A stretch of 64,000 bases of DNA from Octopus bimaculoides (taxonomy: Eukaryota): contig NC_068981.1 of assembly GCF_001194135.2 (NCBI RefSeq), positions 43,194,982 to 43,258,981 of the forward strand. Reading direction: 5' to 3'. How positions within the stretch are numbered: the first letter of the stretch is position 1; every line of letters begins with the position of its first letter. The position numbers were made by a program, and so were the translations under genes. Below, piece after piece: positions 51,555-63,384 of this stretch. The notes beneath the pieces are model-generated. The model saw only the letters and a list, made by a program, of their open reading frames with translations, searched no databases and was not told the origin of the DNA.

Positions 51555-52439
51555 CTAATATAATAAATGCGAAAAGCAATATTTGTGTGTCAGTGTGTCA
51601 AACTTCGACCCCTTCTCTTACTATTCATTGACACTCCTACTATTGCTGGTGTTGGGGTGAGAGTAATAGTAGGCATAGAGATGGCGAGGGCAGTGGTGAA
51701 GACAAAGAGAGAGAAAGAAAAAGAGGGGGAGAAAGAGAGACGAAGAAATTTAGGGAGAGTTGATGATGTTTTTATTATAAGTAGTAGTGTTGATGGTGGC
51801 AGTGGGAATAATAATAAGAGAGAGAGAGAAAGAGGGGGTATGTGAGAGACAGAAGGACTGACCACTGAACTAACAGGATGAAGAAACATATTGAATGAAC
51901 ACACACATTTCGCCTTTTTGTGATGGTAATGGGGTGATAGTAATAGTAAGAGCTGCAGTTGTGATAGAGGTGGAGGTGGTGGTGGTGGTGGTGGTGGCTG
52001 AGGGGATGAGGGATGAAGTGTGAGTAAGTGATGTGAAAGACAGTGGTGATGGTGATGGAGGGGAAGGTGGTGAAGTCAAAGGTATTGATGGTAGTGGTGT
52101 CAGAAGTCTGTATAGTGTGTGTAAAGCAGATGTGATGGCGATGGTGGAGGTACTGTTGTCTATCATGCAGCTTTGCAATAAGTTCCAAGTCAACAAATTA
52201 TATCATTGTTTTAATGAAAATTGTTCGTTGCTTGAAAAATATTGTTGCAGTTTAATAAAATTTAATATGTGCTCAATGCATGAAGTGTCATTGTTGGGCC
52301 CAAGACCCAATGAAGGGCCCTCCACAGGAGCTAACTTAAAAGGCAACCTTACACCCATTTATTCAAACATGAACTCATGCACATACACACACACACGTGT
52401 GTGTTGTGTGTGTGTGTCTGTGTGTGTGTGTATGTGTGT

Positions 52440-52473
<34 letters not shown>

Positions 52474-55400
52474 CTGTGTGTGTGTACATACAAGGGACAA
52501 ACCAAATCATATACACTGAATAAAGTTTGTACATTAAACAGAATAATATTGAAACATTTTGTCTACACAATGTAGACTAAAGTGGACATAGCGCTTTGAT
52601 TTACTATGTCATTAATTGATTAAGTATTCGATAAAACAACAGGAACTAATATAATTCACTGAATTCTTCAGAGGTAGTGTCTCAGCTTAACCACAGTTCA
52701 AAGACTGAAACCAATAAAGAAGTAAAAGAATATTGACTTTGGATTGATGACACTTTGAAGGATCTGAAATCACAAAATAGAACCAGAAAGACAACACTAA
52801 ACACCTTTAAACATTTAATCAAGTTCCTTACTGTTCCTCCAACTCCAAACTAGCCATTCCACTTACTAACATCTAAAGCTGTTAAATTCCCTTTAAACTT
52901 ATTTCATGAAGCTTCGAAATTTTTGTTGCACAAATACCCACTGCTCATTAACACAGTCCCCCTGCAGTGTAAGTGACCCGATCACAATTATGCAACAAAT
53001 ATTTTGACACTAGAATAATCATATCAAAATTTACATTGAATTTAGTAACTTTGTGGCCTGAATGGCTATTTCACAATATAGCTGCTTCAGTTTTAACAAA
53101 GTCTCATATCAAGTCACTTACTAGACAGTATAACTTCAAAATTTCCTGTTTCTGCTTACTGACTGTTCTTTTAATGCCTTTTCTAATGCCAACCACTTTA
53201 CAAAATGGACTGGTTGCTCTTTTTGTACCACCTATACATTTGAGGTCATTGTGCATTTTTCAGGACTATGAGCCGTGTGGAAGGTAGGGAGTCAGCTTCA
53301 TGCTAGAGGATGAAGGGATTACTATGAGGGAGGAGGTCAAAGCAGGTTCTTACAGAGGATCAACATGGCCACTCATATTTAGTATGGGGGATTGGAACTG
53401 CAAGACATAGATGATGGTAATGAAGGGCTCAGGTGGCCCCACAAGGCACAAGCTTAGTAGAAGTGGTTGGGTGGTTTGTAAGATTGTATGGGAAAGTGAA
53501 TATGGAGTGGGAAGACAGATTGCCAAAGTGGGTAGGTTTGAAATATAGATGAAACAAGAACCATGAGCTGTGGAAGGTAGAGGAATGTAGAAGAGTTGGG
53601 GTGGGGAACAGTAGGAGTAGTAAATATGATGCCATCACTGATGGGAGTGGGGGTCCTTGAAAGACAAGTGAATGATGTGATATGATTGAAAAATCTGTAG
53701 AGCCAGGGGGAAAAGGAAGGGCAGGCATAATGTATGGTGGGGAAAGAGACATGGTAAGGGATGGAGAATCCAAAACATGGCATTAATGACAATCTTTTTT
53801 GATATCTATTACATAAATTTTCTATCTTTCTAGGAGACCCCAATATGAAAGAGACAGGTGTATGAGTGATTAAATTGAGCTGTGGTATGTAACTGGTTCT
53901 TATTTTTGTCATCATCATCGTTTGGCATCCTCTTTCCATGCTGGCATAGGTTTGACGGCTTGATGTGACTTGGTTTCTATGGCTTAACAGAATGTGCTGG
54001 GTGCTTTTTATGTGCCACTAGCATGGGTGTATTAATACAGCACTAGGATGGCTTGGATGTGTGGAAGTCAGTTATTTTACGTAGCTTGATGCATTTATGA
54101 ACTACAAAAGGGTGACAAATGTAGGCAACTTTGTTGTCATAGATTAAATATATGTTAGTCCTCTAAACAATTCATGTTAGTCCTTAAAACAATCTCTGAT
54201 TACACATAATCCTGTTATTACCATCTAAACATTTTTTTACAGATACAGTGTATCTTAGACATTACTATGTGATGTGTCCTTCCATTTTTAAGAAAGTAAG
54301 GTGTGTTTTAAGGGGGATTTAAGACATGCTGTTTCTTGACTGCCCAAAAATAACATAGGGGCTTCCTGACTGGCATGGTTTGAACTCAGAATGTAGAGAA
54401 ATATAAAAAGATTTATTTCTCAAATGATATATCATTTTTACCATTCAACCTCCTTTCCAATATTTAATATTCATAAAATAAATAACTAAAATAGTGATTT
54501 TTCTTTTCTCATTTCTCTATTTAAACAACATCTTTGCCATCATTCATGCAAGAATATAGATTGGGCTGATAAGCAAATTTAATTATCAGATTAGATTTTG
54601 TGGCTTCCTGAAACAATTTTTCAAAATGCACATTGCTAAATTTTAGGGAAAACATCAGTATTTGATTAGAATTTAACACTACAAGCTAGAGGAGTATATA
54701 TTTATTACTCAATACTCGACATTTTAGCAGTAAACTTGCAAAACACAACACTTATTTACTTTTAGAATGAGTTAAATCTAAGGATACAGAGAATACAGAA
54801 CAATATAAGTAACAAAATAAATACAAAGCACTGAGTTATTGAATGAACCTATATTTGACTATCCTAGAAATAGCAGCTAAATCTTCCTACAATAAATCCC
54901 TAAAATATGATAGAAACCATTAATCCTTCAGTCTATATTTTATTAACATAGATTATCAACGCTCTTTCAGTGTTCAAAGTAAATGTAGGAGTTTCAATGT
55001 GGTTACTCAACTTACTGGAAATAGTAACCAAAGCTTTTTCAACTCATTTTTTTTCTTCTTTTAGAGCCACAACTGAGATGTCTCACAATGCTGTGCCAAA
55101 GATCTTTACCCACTTCCTATTAGCTCTGGTTGATCCTCAGTTTCATGTTGCATGCCTCTGTCAATTACATCAATGCAAGTGAGTCATTTTTAGCCCCTAT
55201 TAGGATGCAGGAGTCTTGAAAACATAACATCTGATATGACTTGTTGTTCAGTACAATAGCAGTGACCAGTAAAGTTACCCAACATTGAGTAACAGTAGCA
55301 GAGATAGGTGAAATGTGTTTATAAATCCCTCTTTGATTTTGTGTTTGTGTTATAAAATATGCTGAGCTTTCATGAAAAGCCCGGTGTATATACCACCACT

Positions 55401-56344
55401 CCTTACTTTGTTTTTGAAAAGAATGTGGATATAGGTAAACTGCATGTGGGAAAAAAGAAGGGTTGGTCATGGCTAGAATACTCTTGATAATAAATTTTAT
55501 TGATAAAGACAGACCTTGGGTTAAACGACAACAAATTCTACAAAACTACTAATAAGAAGTAATTCAGAAGTCTCTTCTGTTACCTTAATTCTATTCTTGA
55601 TGGAGCATGTATATCAAACCTTACTCTAAATAGTCATTAGTTTAAAAAGAAATAATTAATGGAAATGAAATATTCTTAAACTAATGCTAGTATTTCAGTT
55701 AGAGGGAAGTCATATAGATGGTCGATTAACAGATGGAAATAACGGCAAATTTCACTCAAATAAAGAAAGAATGTATTTCTCTATATAAACCTAAATATAC
55801 AAAAAAGATAGGTTGGTCACAACTAGAATTCCATAAGGAAAATATCTTCCCAACCAGGACTGACTTAACAACAACAACAATAATAATATTGTGGTTAGCT
55901 TCCAGCAAACTGTGTGTGCAATGCAGGTTCAATTGTTTGTTGGTTTACTTCACTGCATTTTATTTTTCTCCACATCTGTGATATCCCATTGCATTTAACA
56001 ATGTGGTGTGAGATTAGTGCTGCTAAGTTGAGTTTTCTTTGTAACATTATGTGGAAGCAGTCTTCATTGGTTAACCAATGAACTATTGAGGTTTATGGGA
56101 CATTCTTTTTTCTCCTTCAGATTGCATCTAAGAAATTTATGAGTCAGAACAAACACATTGCACATTGCCAAAATACTAAAACAGAATATTGAAACATTTG
56201 GGATCAATTGCAAAAATAAATATAACGAATTCATTAACATTTAAATGATTAACATATAAGCACATTAGCATATCATGTTTATTAGACACTCATGGACACA
56301 AGAATTCAAAAGAGAAAAATTTTATGTTAATTAGTAATTCTATA

Positions 56345-56950
56345 TCGTAGTCATGACTGATGCCAGTGCCATCTGACTGGCACCTGTGCTGGTGGCATGT
56401 AAAAGGCACCATTTGAGCATTGGGCTTCATAGAGGCAGTGACATCAAGCCAAGTGAGATCGTAACTGTGACCAATGCTAGTGCTGTGTTGTGTAGTTGAT
56501 CCGTTTAAAAACACCCTTCAATCGTTAGGTGATGTGCAGTGCTTGTGAAGACCTGTCAAACTGAGTGAAACTGTAGTCATGGCCAATGCCAGTGCCGTCT
56601 GACTGGCACACATGCCAGTGGCACATAAAATGCAACATATAAGCTTTGGGCATCATGGAGGCAGTAACTGGTGACCAAGACATTTGGTGATATACTTTGC
56701 TTGTGTAGACCTATCAAGCCAAGTGAGACTGTAGTTGTGGTCAAGCCAGTGTCAGCTCAATGGCACCTGTGCTGGTGGCATGTAAAAACACCCACTACAC
56801 TCTCGGAGTGGTTGGCATTACGAAGGGCATCCAACCATAGAAACCTTGCCAAATCAGATCAGTACCTGGTGGAGCCCCACTGGCTAACCAGTTTTCAGTC
56901 AAACTGTCCAACCCACACCAGCATGAAAAGCAGACGCTAAATGATGATGT
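56345..56950 (+). mobile_element. RTE LINE modular 3' UTR and tail (older)
   Basis: Three tcaa(gcc/act)(a/g)agtga modules precede gagtggttggcattacgaagggcatcc and the tail. Confidence 0.85.
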
Positions 56951-57208
56951 TGAAGTATAATTTGAAACTCTGCTGATTTCATTTCTATCATATACGTGTG
57001 TGTGTGTGTGTGTGTGTGTATACATGTGTGTGTGCATATATACACACATATATGTGTGTGTGTATATATATGCATATATACATATATACATGTAGTCTGT
57101 GAAGACTATTGTATTAATTATGTAATATTTAGTTATTTAATACCCAGTGTGAACTTTATTTACATTATTTACATTTGACGGATATTTGTCCTCATCTTGT
57201 TTGTTATT

Positions 57209-57254
57209 AACACAACGTTTCAGCTGATAAACCCTCCAGTCTTCATCAGGTGTC
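57209..57254 (-). ncRNA. Minimal type I hammerhead ribozyme motif (partly decayed)
   Basis: gacac-CTGATGA-a-gactg[gagggtttat]cagct-GAAAC-GTT-gtgtt: stem I is gacac/gtgtt, stem III is the palindrome ACGT, and stem II has one mismatch and one wobble. Confidence 0.65.
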
Positions 57255-57304
57255 TCGGGGAAATTTCAAACCTAAGGAATAGCCGAAGGAGATATCTTGT
57301 ATCT

Positions 57305-57369
57305 GCTTGGAATTGAACTTGGAATCTTCGGGTTAGTAGCCTGTGCTCTTAACCACTATGCCATATGCC
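57305..57369 (-). promoter_or_regulatory. tRNA-derived Pol III cassette (A and B boxes) inside the Penelope 3' region
   Basis: The A box is TGGCATAGTGG, the B box is GTTCAATTCC, and the anticodon-loop-like CTACTAA resembles tRNA-Ser(GCT) CTGCTAA. It is not a complete cloverleaf. Confidence 0.6.
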
Positions 57370-57678
57370 TGTGGGCAATTATGGAGTGAAATTTAGGGCT
57401 TATAAATCTAATATTTTTCTATCCTTCCTTAATACTGGTTCCCATATGCTATTCATATCTGCACCTGGTCTGCTTAGGAGATTGTTGTGTCCTAGCATAT
57501 GTGCTGCTTCTTTTAATTTTTGTAATTTCCAGTGGTCTTCTCTGTCTATTATTTTAACTTCATCTCACCGGGGGAGATGTTCTCCATTTTTCGATACATG
57601 ATCAGCTATACCAGATTTATCAATATCTCCTCGTGTCACAGCTTTGCAATGTTTGTCTACCCTTATTTTGAGGGGGCA

Positions 57679-58395
57679 GCCTCCAGACGACTTTGGAATC
57701 TCCTGCAACTTTTCTGGATGGTCTCCTTGTTTAAGTCGGTGAATGCTGCCACAATCCTTGCCTTCAATTCATCTTTGCTGTTACATGGGGTTTTGTTTGT
57801 CTCTTGCTCAACTGTGACCCACACATAATAATCAAGGGGGTTGCAGTCTGGAGATTTAGGTGACCAGATTTTAGGAGTGATGTGGTCGCAGAAATTGTCT
57901 GACAGTCATGACTGGGTTCTCCTGCTTATGTGGCATGGTGCAAAATCCTGTTACCAGATATAATTTCTTTCCAGCAGTCACCCTCTTCACTACCTCCTCT
58001 AGGCATTTAATATAGGTTTCCATATTGATGTGAGGCCATGTGGGAAGATGAATGGAGGCATAACATCACCATCACTAGTGATCAGTCCAAACAACATGAT
58101 GTTGAATGGATGTTTGATTGTTATTACTCTTGGTACATGTCCTCAGATTTCACAGTCTTCAGAATGTCACCCAAACACTCCGAAGACAGAATTGGAGCTT
58201 CTAGCATGAATGCCAAGCAGTACAACATGTTGTTTCCAAATTTTTGGAGTGAATTACATCATGGTGCTATTTTCCTCACAGATAGTGCCCAACTAACCCT
58301 ACTATACTGTGTAGTTGACAAAATCAAAAGCAAACAATGTGCATGCGTGAAATAAAAAATATAAAATGACGACAATTTACTCATCACACCCTCTA
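57679..58395 (-). mobile_element. maT-like Tc1/mariner derivative, second copy
   Basis: It is a paralog of 29600-30250. The TIR gacaatttactcatcacaccctc-TA lies at the right end, and the left end abuts the Penelope fragment. Confidence 0.85.
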
Positions 58396-58452
58396 TATAC
58401 ATATATCTATATGCGTATGGATATATAGATACACACACACACACATATATAT

Positions 58453-58495
<43 letters not shown>

Positions 58496-58929
58496 AATGT
58501 AATAATTTTTAAAATAGCACAGATATTATTCAAGATGGATATATATATTTTCAATAAAGCTGAATAAAATGTGAAGCAATGTAAATATGCTGCTTTATGT
58601 ATCTTCAAGTAAGTATGTATTTCTCAGTACTTTGACACACCATTTATCTTATTCAAATATTAATAAATATGTAATTCAATAGATAAATATCTATTTAAAT
58701 GTCTAAAGGCTTGAGATGTGTTATTATTAAGATAATAATTTCCAGACTATTAACCTCATCTTTTCAGTGTTTATTTACAAATTGTATATCAACACTGAAT
58801 ATTGAATCAGTTCAACCTCCGATCGACAGCATGTTATGAACATTGTAACACCATGGATTTGAAATAAAACCATTCTTCTTTAGCCTTGGGTTGGCTTTCT
58901 ATGAGTAAACCTCTGATAGTAGGCACTCT

Positions 58930-59190
58930 AGGCATGAACCATCTCTTTATTATTTCAATTTTGCAAAGGCGGTGAGCTGGCAGAACTGTTAGCATGCTAG
59001 GTAAACTGCTTACCAGTATTTCGTCTGCCACTACATTCTGAGTTCAAATTCTGCTGACGTCCACTTTTCCTTTCATCTTTTTGGGGTTGATAAATTAAGT
59101 ACCAGTTGCATGCTGGAGTTGATCAAATCGACTGGCTCCCTCCCCCAAAATTTCAGGCCTTGTGCCTATAACAGAAAGGATTATTATTTC
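58930..59190 (+). mobile_element. tRNA-derived SINE with Meta/MESC-like domain, near full length
   Basis: ggcggtgagctggcagaa (A-box-like) and gagttcaaattc (B-box-like) precede cctttcatctttttggggttgataaattaagtaccagt. Confidence 0.8.
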
Positions 59191-59755
59191 AGTTTTCATA
59201 TATCTGTATCTTTTTTTAAGATAGTTTAGTGTAGTTTGAGGTGGATTTGACTGCTATTTCTAGCAGACCATGTGACTACATATAGATTACTAACCTGCCT
59301 TCAAGAACCTTTACTTTTTAACTAAGTGTACAGATGCATGCTGTAATAAATAACCTGACAACAATTTTAGTTCAGAGCGATTAAAAAGAAGCGTAAGTGT
59401 ATATATTTTAAATATGAATACTAAATATATATAAAAAAACATTAACTAAGTTTAAGATTTTAGGTCTGCAAGTCCTGAAAATTATAAACATAATCAATAT
59501 TTGCTGTTGCTTCAACTAAAACATTTAATTAATGTAATGAATCTGTCAATCTTCCCATACTTCTCGTACCTGGTAGTGCTATTAATTTACACATAACTAA
59601 TATTTTCTTCATGCTTGCAGGAACAGCAAATATCTTAGAAAAAGCAGTACATTCTCAAATAATCATACCGAAGGAAGACAGTCTCCATTTCATAAGCATT
59701 CTAAAAGTATTTAATAAAGTACGACGGGTGATATATGACATGTTATATGAAAATT

Positions 59756-61070
59756 TATAGCATAACCAAAATCCTAATAAGTAGGAAGGTAGATAAAACA
59801 CAAACCCCTTCAGGTAGATGTCCCTGCTCAGTATGTAGAAAAGGAGTAGGTAGTAACTCTATAAGATGTACCCGGTGCAAGCTATGGACACATAAGAGGT
59901 GCAGCAACATCAAAGGCAGGTTAACTAGCAAGTTAGTTTTTGTTTGTGGCAGATGTTCAGGTGCAATAAAGACTGTAAACAAACAGGAAACAACTTCTAT
60001 CTCATTCCAGGGTGAAAAACTAGAGGTAGTCGATAGCTTCCGCTATCTGGGCGACCAAGTTAGTAGTGGGGGTGGGTGCACTGAAAGTGTAGCAGCTAGA
60101 ATAAGAATAGCCTGGGCNNNNNNNNNNNNNNNNNNNNNNNNNNNNNNNNNNNNNNNNNNNNNNNNNNNNNNNNNNNNNNNNNNNNNNNNNNNNNNNNNNN
60201 NNNNNNNNNNNNNNNNNNNNNNNNNNNNNNNNNNNNNNNNNNNNNNNNNNNNNNNNNNNNNNNNNNNNNNNNNNNNNNNNNNNNNNNNNNNNNNNNNNNN
60301 NNNNNNNNNNNNNNNNNNNNNNNNNNNNNNNNNNNNNNNNNNNNNNNNNNNNNNNNNNNNNNNNNNNNNNNNNNNNNNNNNNNNNNNNNNNNNNNNNNNN
60401 NNNNNNNNNNNNNNNNNNNNNNNNNNNNNNNNNNNNNNNNNNNNNNNNNNNNNNNNNNNNNNNNNNNNNNNNNNNNNNNNNNNNNNNNNNNNNNNNNNNN
60501 NNNNNNNNNNNNNNNNNNNNNNNNNNNNNNNNNNNNNNNNNNNNNNNNNNNNNNNNNNNNNNNNNNNNNNNNNNNNNNNNNNNNNNNNNNNNNNNNNNNN
60601 NNNNNNNNNNNNNNNNNNNNNNNNNNNNNNNNNNNNNNNNNNNNNNNNNNNNNNNNNNNNNNNNNNNNNNNNNNNNNNNNNNNNNNNNNNNNNNNNNNNN
60701 NNNNNNNNNNNNNNNNNNNNNNNNNNNNNNNNNNNNNNNNNNNNNNNNNNNNGCCGTTGCCAGTACCGCCTGACTGGCTCCCGTAGGATTTTCGAGCGAG
60801 ATCGTTGCCAGTGCCCCTGGACTGGCTTGTGCGGGTGGCACATAAAAGACACCATTTCGAGCGTGGCCGTTTTCGTGCGGGTGACATGTAAAAGCACCCA
60901 CTACACTCTCTGAGTGGTTGGCGTTAGGAAGGGCATCCAGCTGTAGAAACTCTGCCAAATCAGACTGGAGCCTAGTGTTGCCATCCGGCTTCACCAGTCC
61001 TCAGTCAAATCGTCCAACCCATGCTAGCATGGAAAGCGGACGTTAAACGACGATGATGATGATGATGATG
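59756..61070 (+). mobile_element. Young 5'-truncated RTE LINE with a PHD finger inside the RT (635-N gap)
   Basis: The open frame TKILISRK...CSVC..CTRC..WTHKRC..CGRC...LEVVDSFRYLGDQVSSGGGC...RIRIAW is followed by a standard (GAT)n tail. Confidence 0.93.
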
Positions 61071-61255
61071 TAGTTGAGAGAAAGGTATGGGAAGCCAAAA
61101 GGAACAACAGCTACTGAGCACAACTCCATAATGTAGACATTGTTGAAAGAGAGAGAAGGAGAGAGAAAAGGAGAGAGAGGAGAGAGAAAAACATCTATAA
61201 CTGACATACAGTAATAAGTTAAAACAAAGAGAGAACTCACTGTGGACAGCATTAA

Positions 61256-61454
61256 CCCTTTAACATTTAAACCAGCCATATTTGGCCAAAATATTCTACC
61301 TGTTTTATCTTCAAACTGGCCAGATCTGGCCTCTCACACTTACCCTACAATATTATTATAAAAATAAACACTCATGTCATAATGCATGACTAATTCATGT
61401 TGATGTGATTAAGTAAGCATTACACTTGAACAGAGTAATCTAAATACTAAAAGG
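61256..61454. mobile_element. piggyBac-type MITE
   Basis: TTAA flanks both sides (61252-55 and 61455-58). The 14-bp TIRs are ccctttaacattta / taaatactaaaagg, with 3 mismatches. Confidence 0.75.
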
Positions 61455-62661
61455 TTAATAGCAAGAAATGAATAACAGATAAATAGTACAGATGGCCTAG
61501 TTACAGATGAAGGATCAGTAGGTATGACCTTTGTGTAGCACTTCTGAACTTATGAGAAAAGGAAGGAATAATCTGCAGACCAAAAACTCAATTGGTTAAA
61601 ATCTCTGCAATAGCCTGGTCCTACTAAAGTCACCCAAGTGCCAGGTGGTAGCTTTAAATTAGGCAATAGATAATGTCTTTGATCCAAGAATATATATATC
61701 ATTAATGCATCTGACAGGCTTCTACACAACTTCTATCTTCCCAGCTTTGTTCACATAGCTTTAATCCAACCTGAGGTTAGAGCAGAAGACACTTGGCCAA
61801 AGTGCCATGTTCTAGGATCAAATCCAAAACTATGTAATTGTGAAGCAAACTCCTCAGCCACATAATGGTCGAGAAACTAATATGCAAGAAGACTAAGATT
61901 ACAATAGGATAATAAACTGAATCACAGATTGAAAATATTCCAAGATCTCCTCAGGTCTGAGGAAAATAGATATTGCTACTTTGGATAGCATTTCCATAAC
62001 AGTTGATGGACATTAATTAACTCAAAGATCTGTGGAAATACCTGGAGATATATGACAAGGCCTCAAATATCATTCAAGGAATATATATTGAAATATTGGA
62101 AAAGTGCTAAAATGAAGTAGAACCTGAAGTTTAGCTGAAACTGGAAGTGTCAATACTTTACAAAATTCAATTTATTTTGAAGGTCGTTTGCAGACAGGCC
62201 AAATGTTACAATAAATACATAAATGTATCTGTAAAATTCTGAAGTTCTAAATTGAATATTTATTATCTTAATTCTTCCATTAGATAATTATTTTGAAATT
62301 AAAATTTGCAAAGTCCCAATCTATAGGTCTTTGATTCATTGTCAGAAACAGTATTATATCTGAAAATTTATCTAGTTTTTTTATGGTTTATATATATATA
62401 CATATATATATTTATGTATCATCATCATCATCATCATCATCATTGTTTTATGCTTGCTTTTCATGCCAGAATGGATTCTATGGGTTGTCATGGTCAAAGT
62501 TACCATGTGTTTTGAAGATAGGCTGGGGAACTTGAATTTCATTTTTGGCTTGGTTTGCATGACTGGATGCCTTTTCTGACACTAACCACTTTACAAAGGG
62601 TAAAGGGTGCATTTTGCATGATAACAGTATAAGAAAGGCAATTGTATATGCATGTATGTGT

Positions 62662-62741
<80 letters not shown>

Positions 62742-62742
<1 letters not shown>

Positions 62743-63035
62743 TGATCATCATCGTTTAACGTCTATTTTCCATGCAGGCATGGGTTGGTTTGAATGAGAG
62801 ATGGCAAGCCAGATGGCTGCACCAGGCTCCAATCTGATCTGGCAATGTTTCTACAGCTGGATGCCCTTCCTAACGCCAACCACTTTGAGAGTGTAGTGGG
62901 TGCATCCAGCTGTAGAAACTTTGCCAGATCAGATTGGAGCTTGGTGCAGCCTTCTGGCTCACCAGTCCTCATTCAAATATTGAACCCATGCCAGAATAGA
63001 AATCAGATGTTAAACGATGATGACGACGACAATGA
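62742..63035. mobile_element. Two RTE tails joined head-to-head (inverted pair)
   Basis: A minus-strand copy at 62742-62900 and a plus-strand copy at 62902-63035 each end in a GAT tail that runs into (TA)n. Confidence 0.88.
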
Positions 63036-63074
<39 letters not shown>

Positions 63075-63076
<2 letters not shown>

Positions 63077-63330
63077 AGGATGTATGGCCTAGTGGTTAAG
63101 GTGTAGTGCTCATGATGTGAGCTCATGGTTTCAATTCCTCGACCGGGTAGTGTATTGGGTGCTTGAGCAAAAGTAGATATATCTCACATTGCTCTGTGAT
63201 CACTTTGACACCTGATGAGTAGTACACTGTGCACCTGTTCATATAACATTGATTTGTTGGAGGGAGTGAGCTAATGTACAGTATATACATTTGATCACTA
63301 TAAGCAAATCATTTGTACTGTTTGTTTGGC
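63075..63330 (+). mobile_element. tRNA/CORE SINE, diverged
   Basis: tggcctagtggttaagg (A box), ggtttcaattcc (B-box-like) and gtgcttgagcaa (CORE-like). Confidence 0.6.
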
Positions 63331-63384
63331 AAATGCTGAACACTCATATGTCATCTTTGATGGAAGAAGCCATCATATATATAT

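Larger units (their letters stand above)
57165..57678 (-). mobile_element. Penelope-like element 3' end (GIY-YIG endonuclease C-terminus plus terminal repeat)
   Basis: The minus strand reads LKIRVDKHCKAVTRGDIDKSGIADHVSKNGEHLPR*DEVKIIDREDHWKLQKLKEAAHMLGHNNLLSRPG..WEPVL, which is typical of a PLE endonuclease tail. Confidence 0.85.

Noticed and set aside
55165-55470. 101-aa minus-strand ORF and a 33-nt exon-like segment near 55400-55440
   Set aside because: The acceptor and start lie in a decayed copy of a dispersed repeat family, and the protein has no recognisable motif.
57305-57369. Genuine tRNA-Ser gene
   Set aside because: It has no acceptor stem or long variable arm and is embedded in a retroelement, so it is annotated only as a tRNA-derived cassette.
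12788-60994. Long ORFs of 100-390 aa spanning X runs
   Set aside because: Their length comes from N-gaps. The real portions are RTE sequence or microsatellite.
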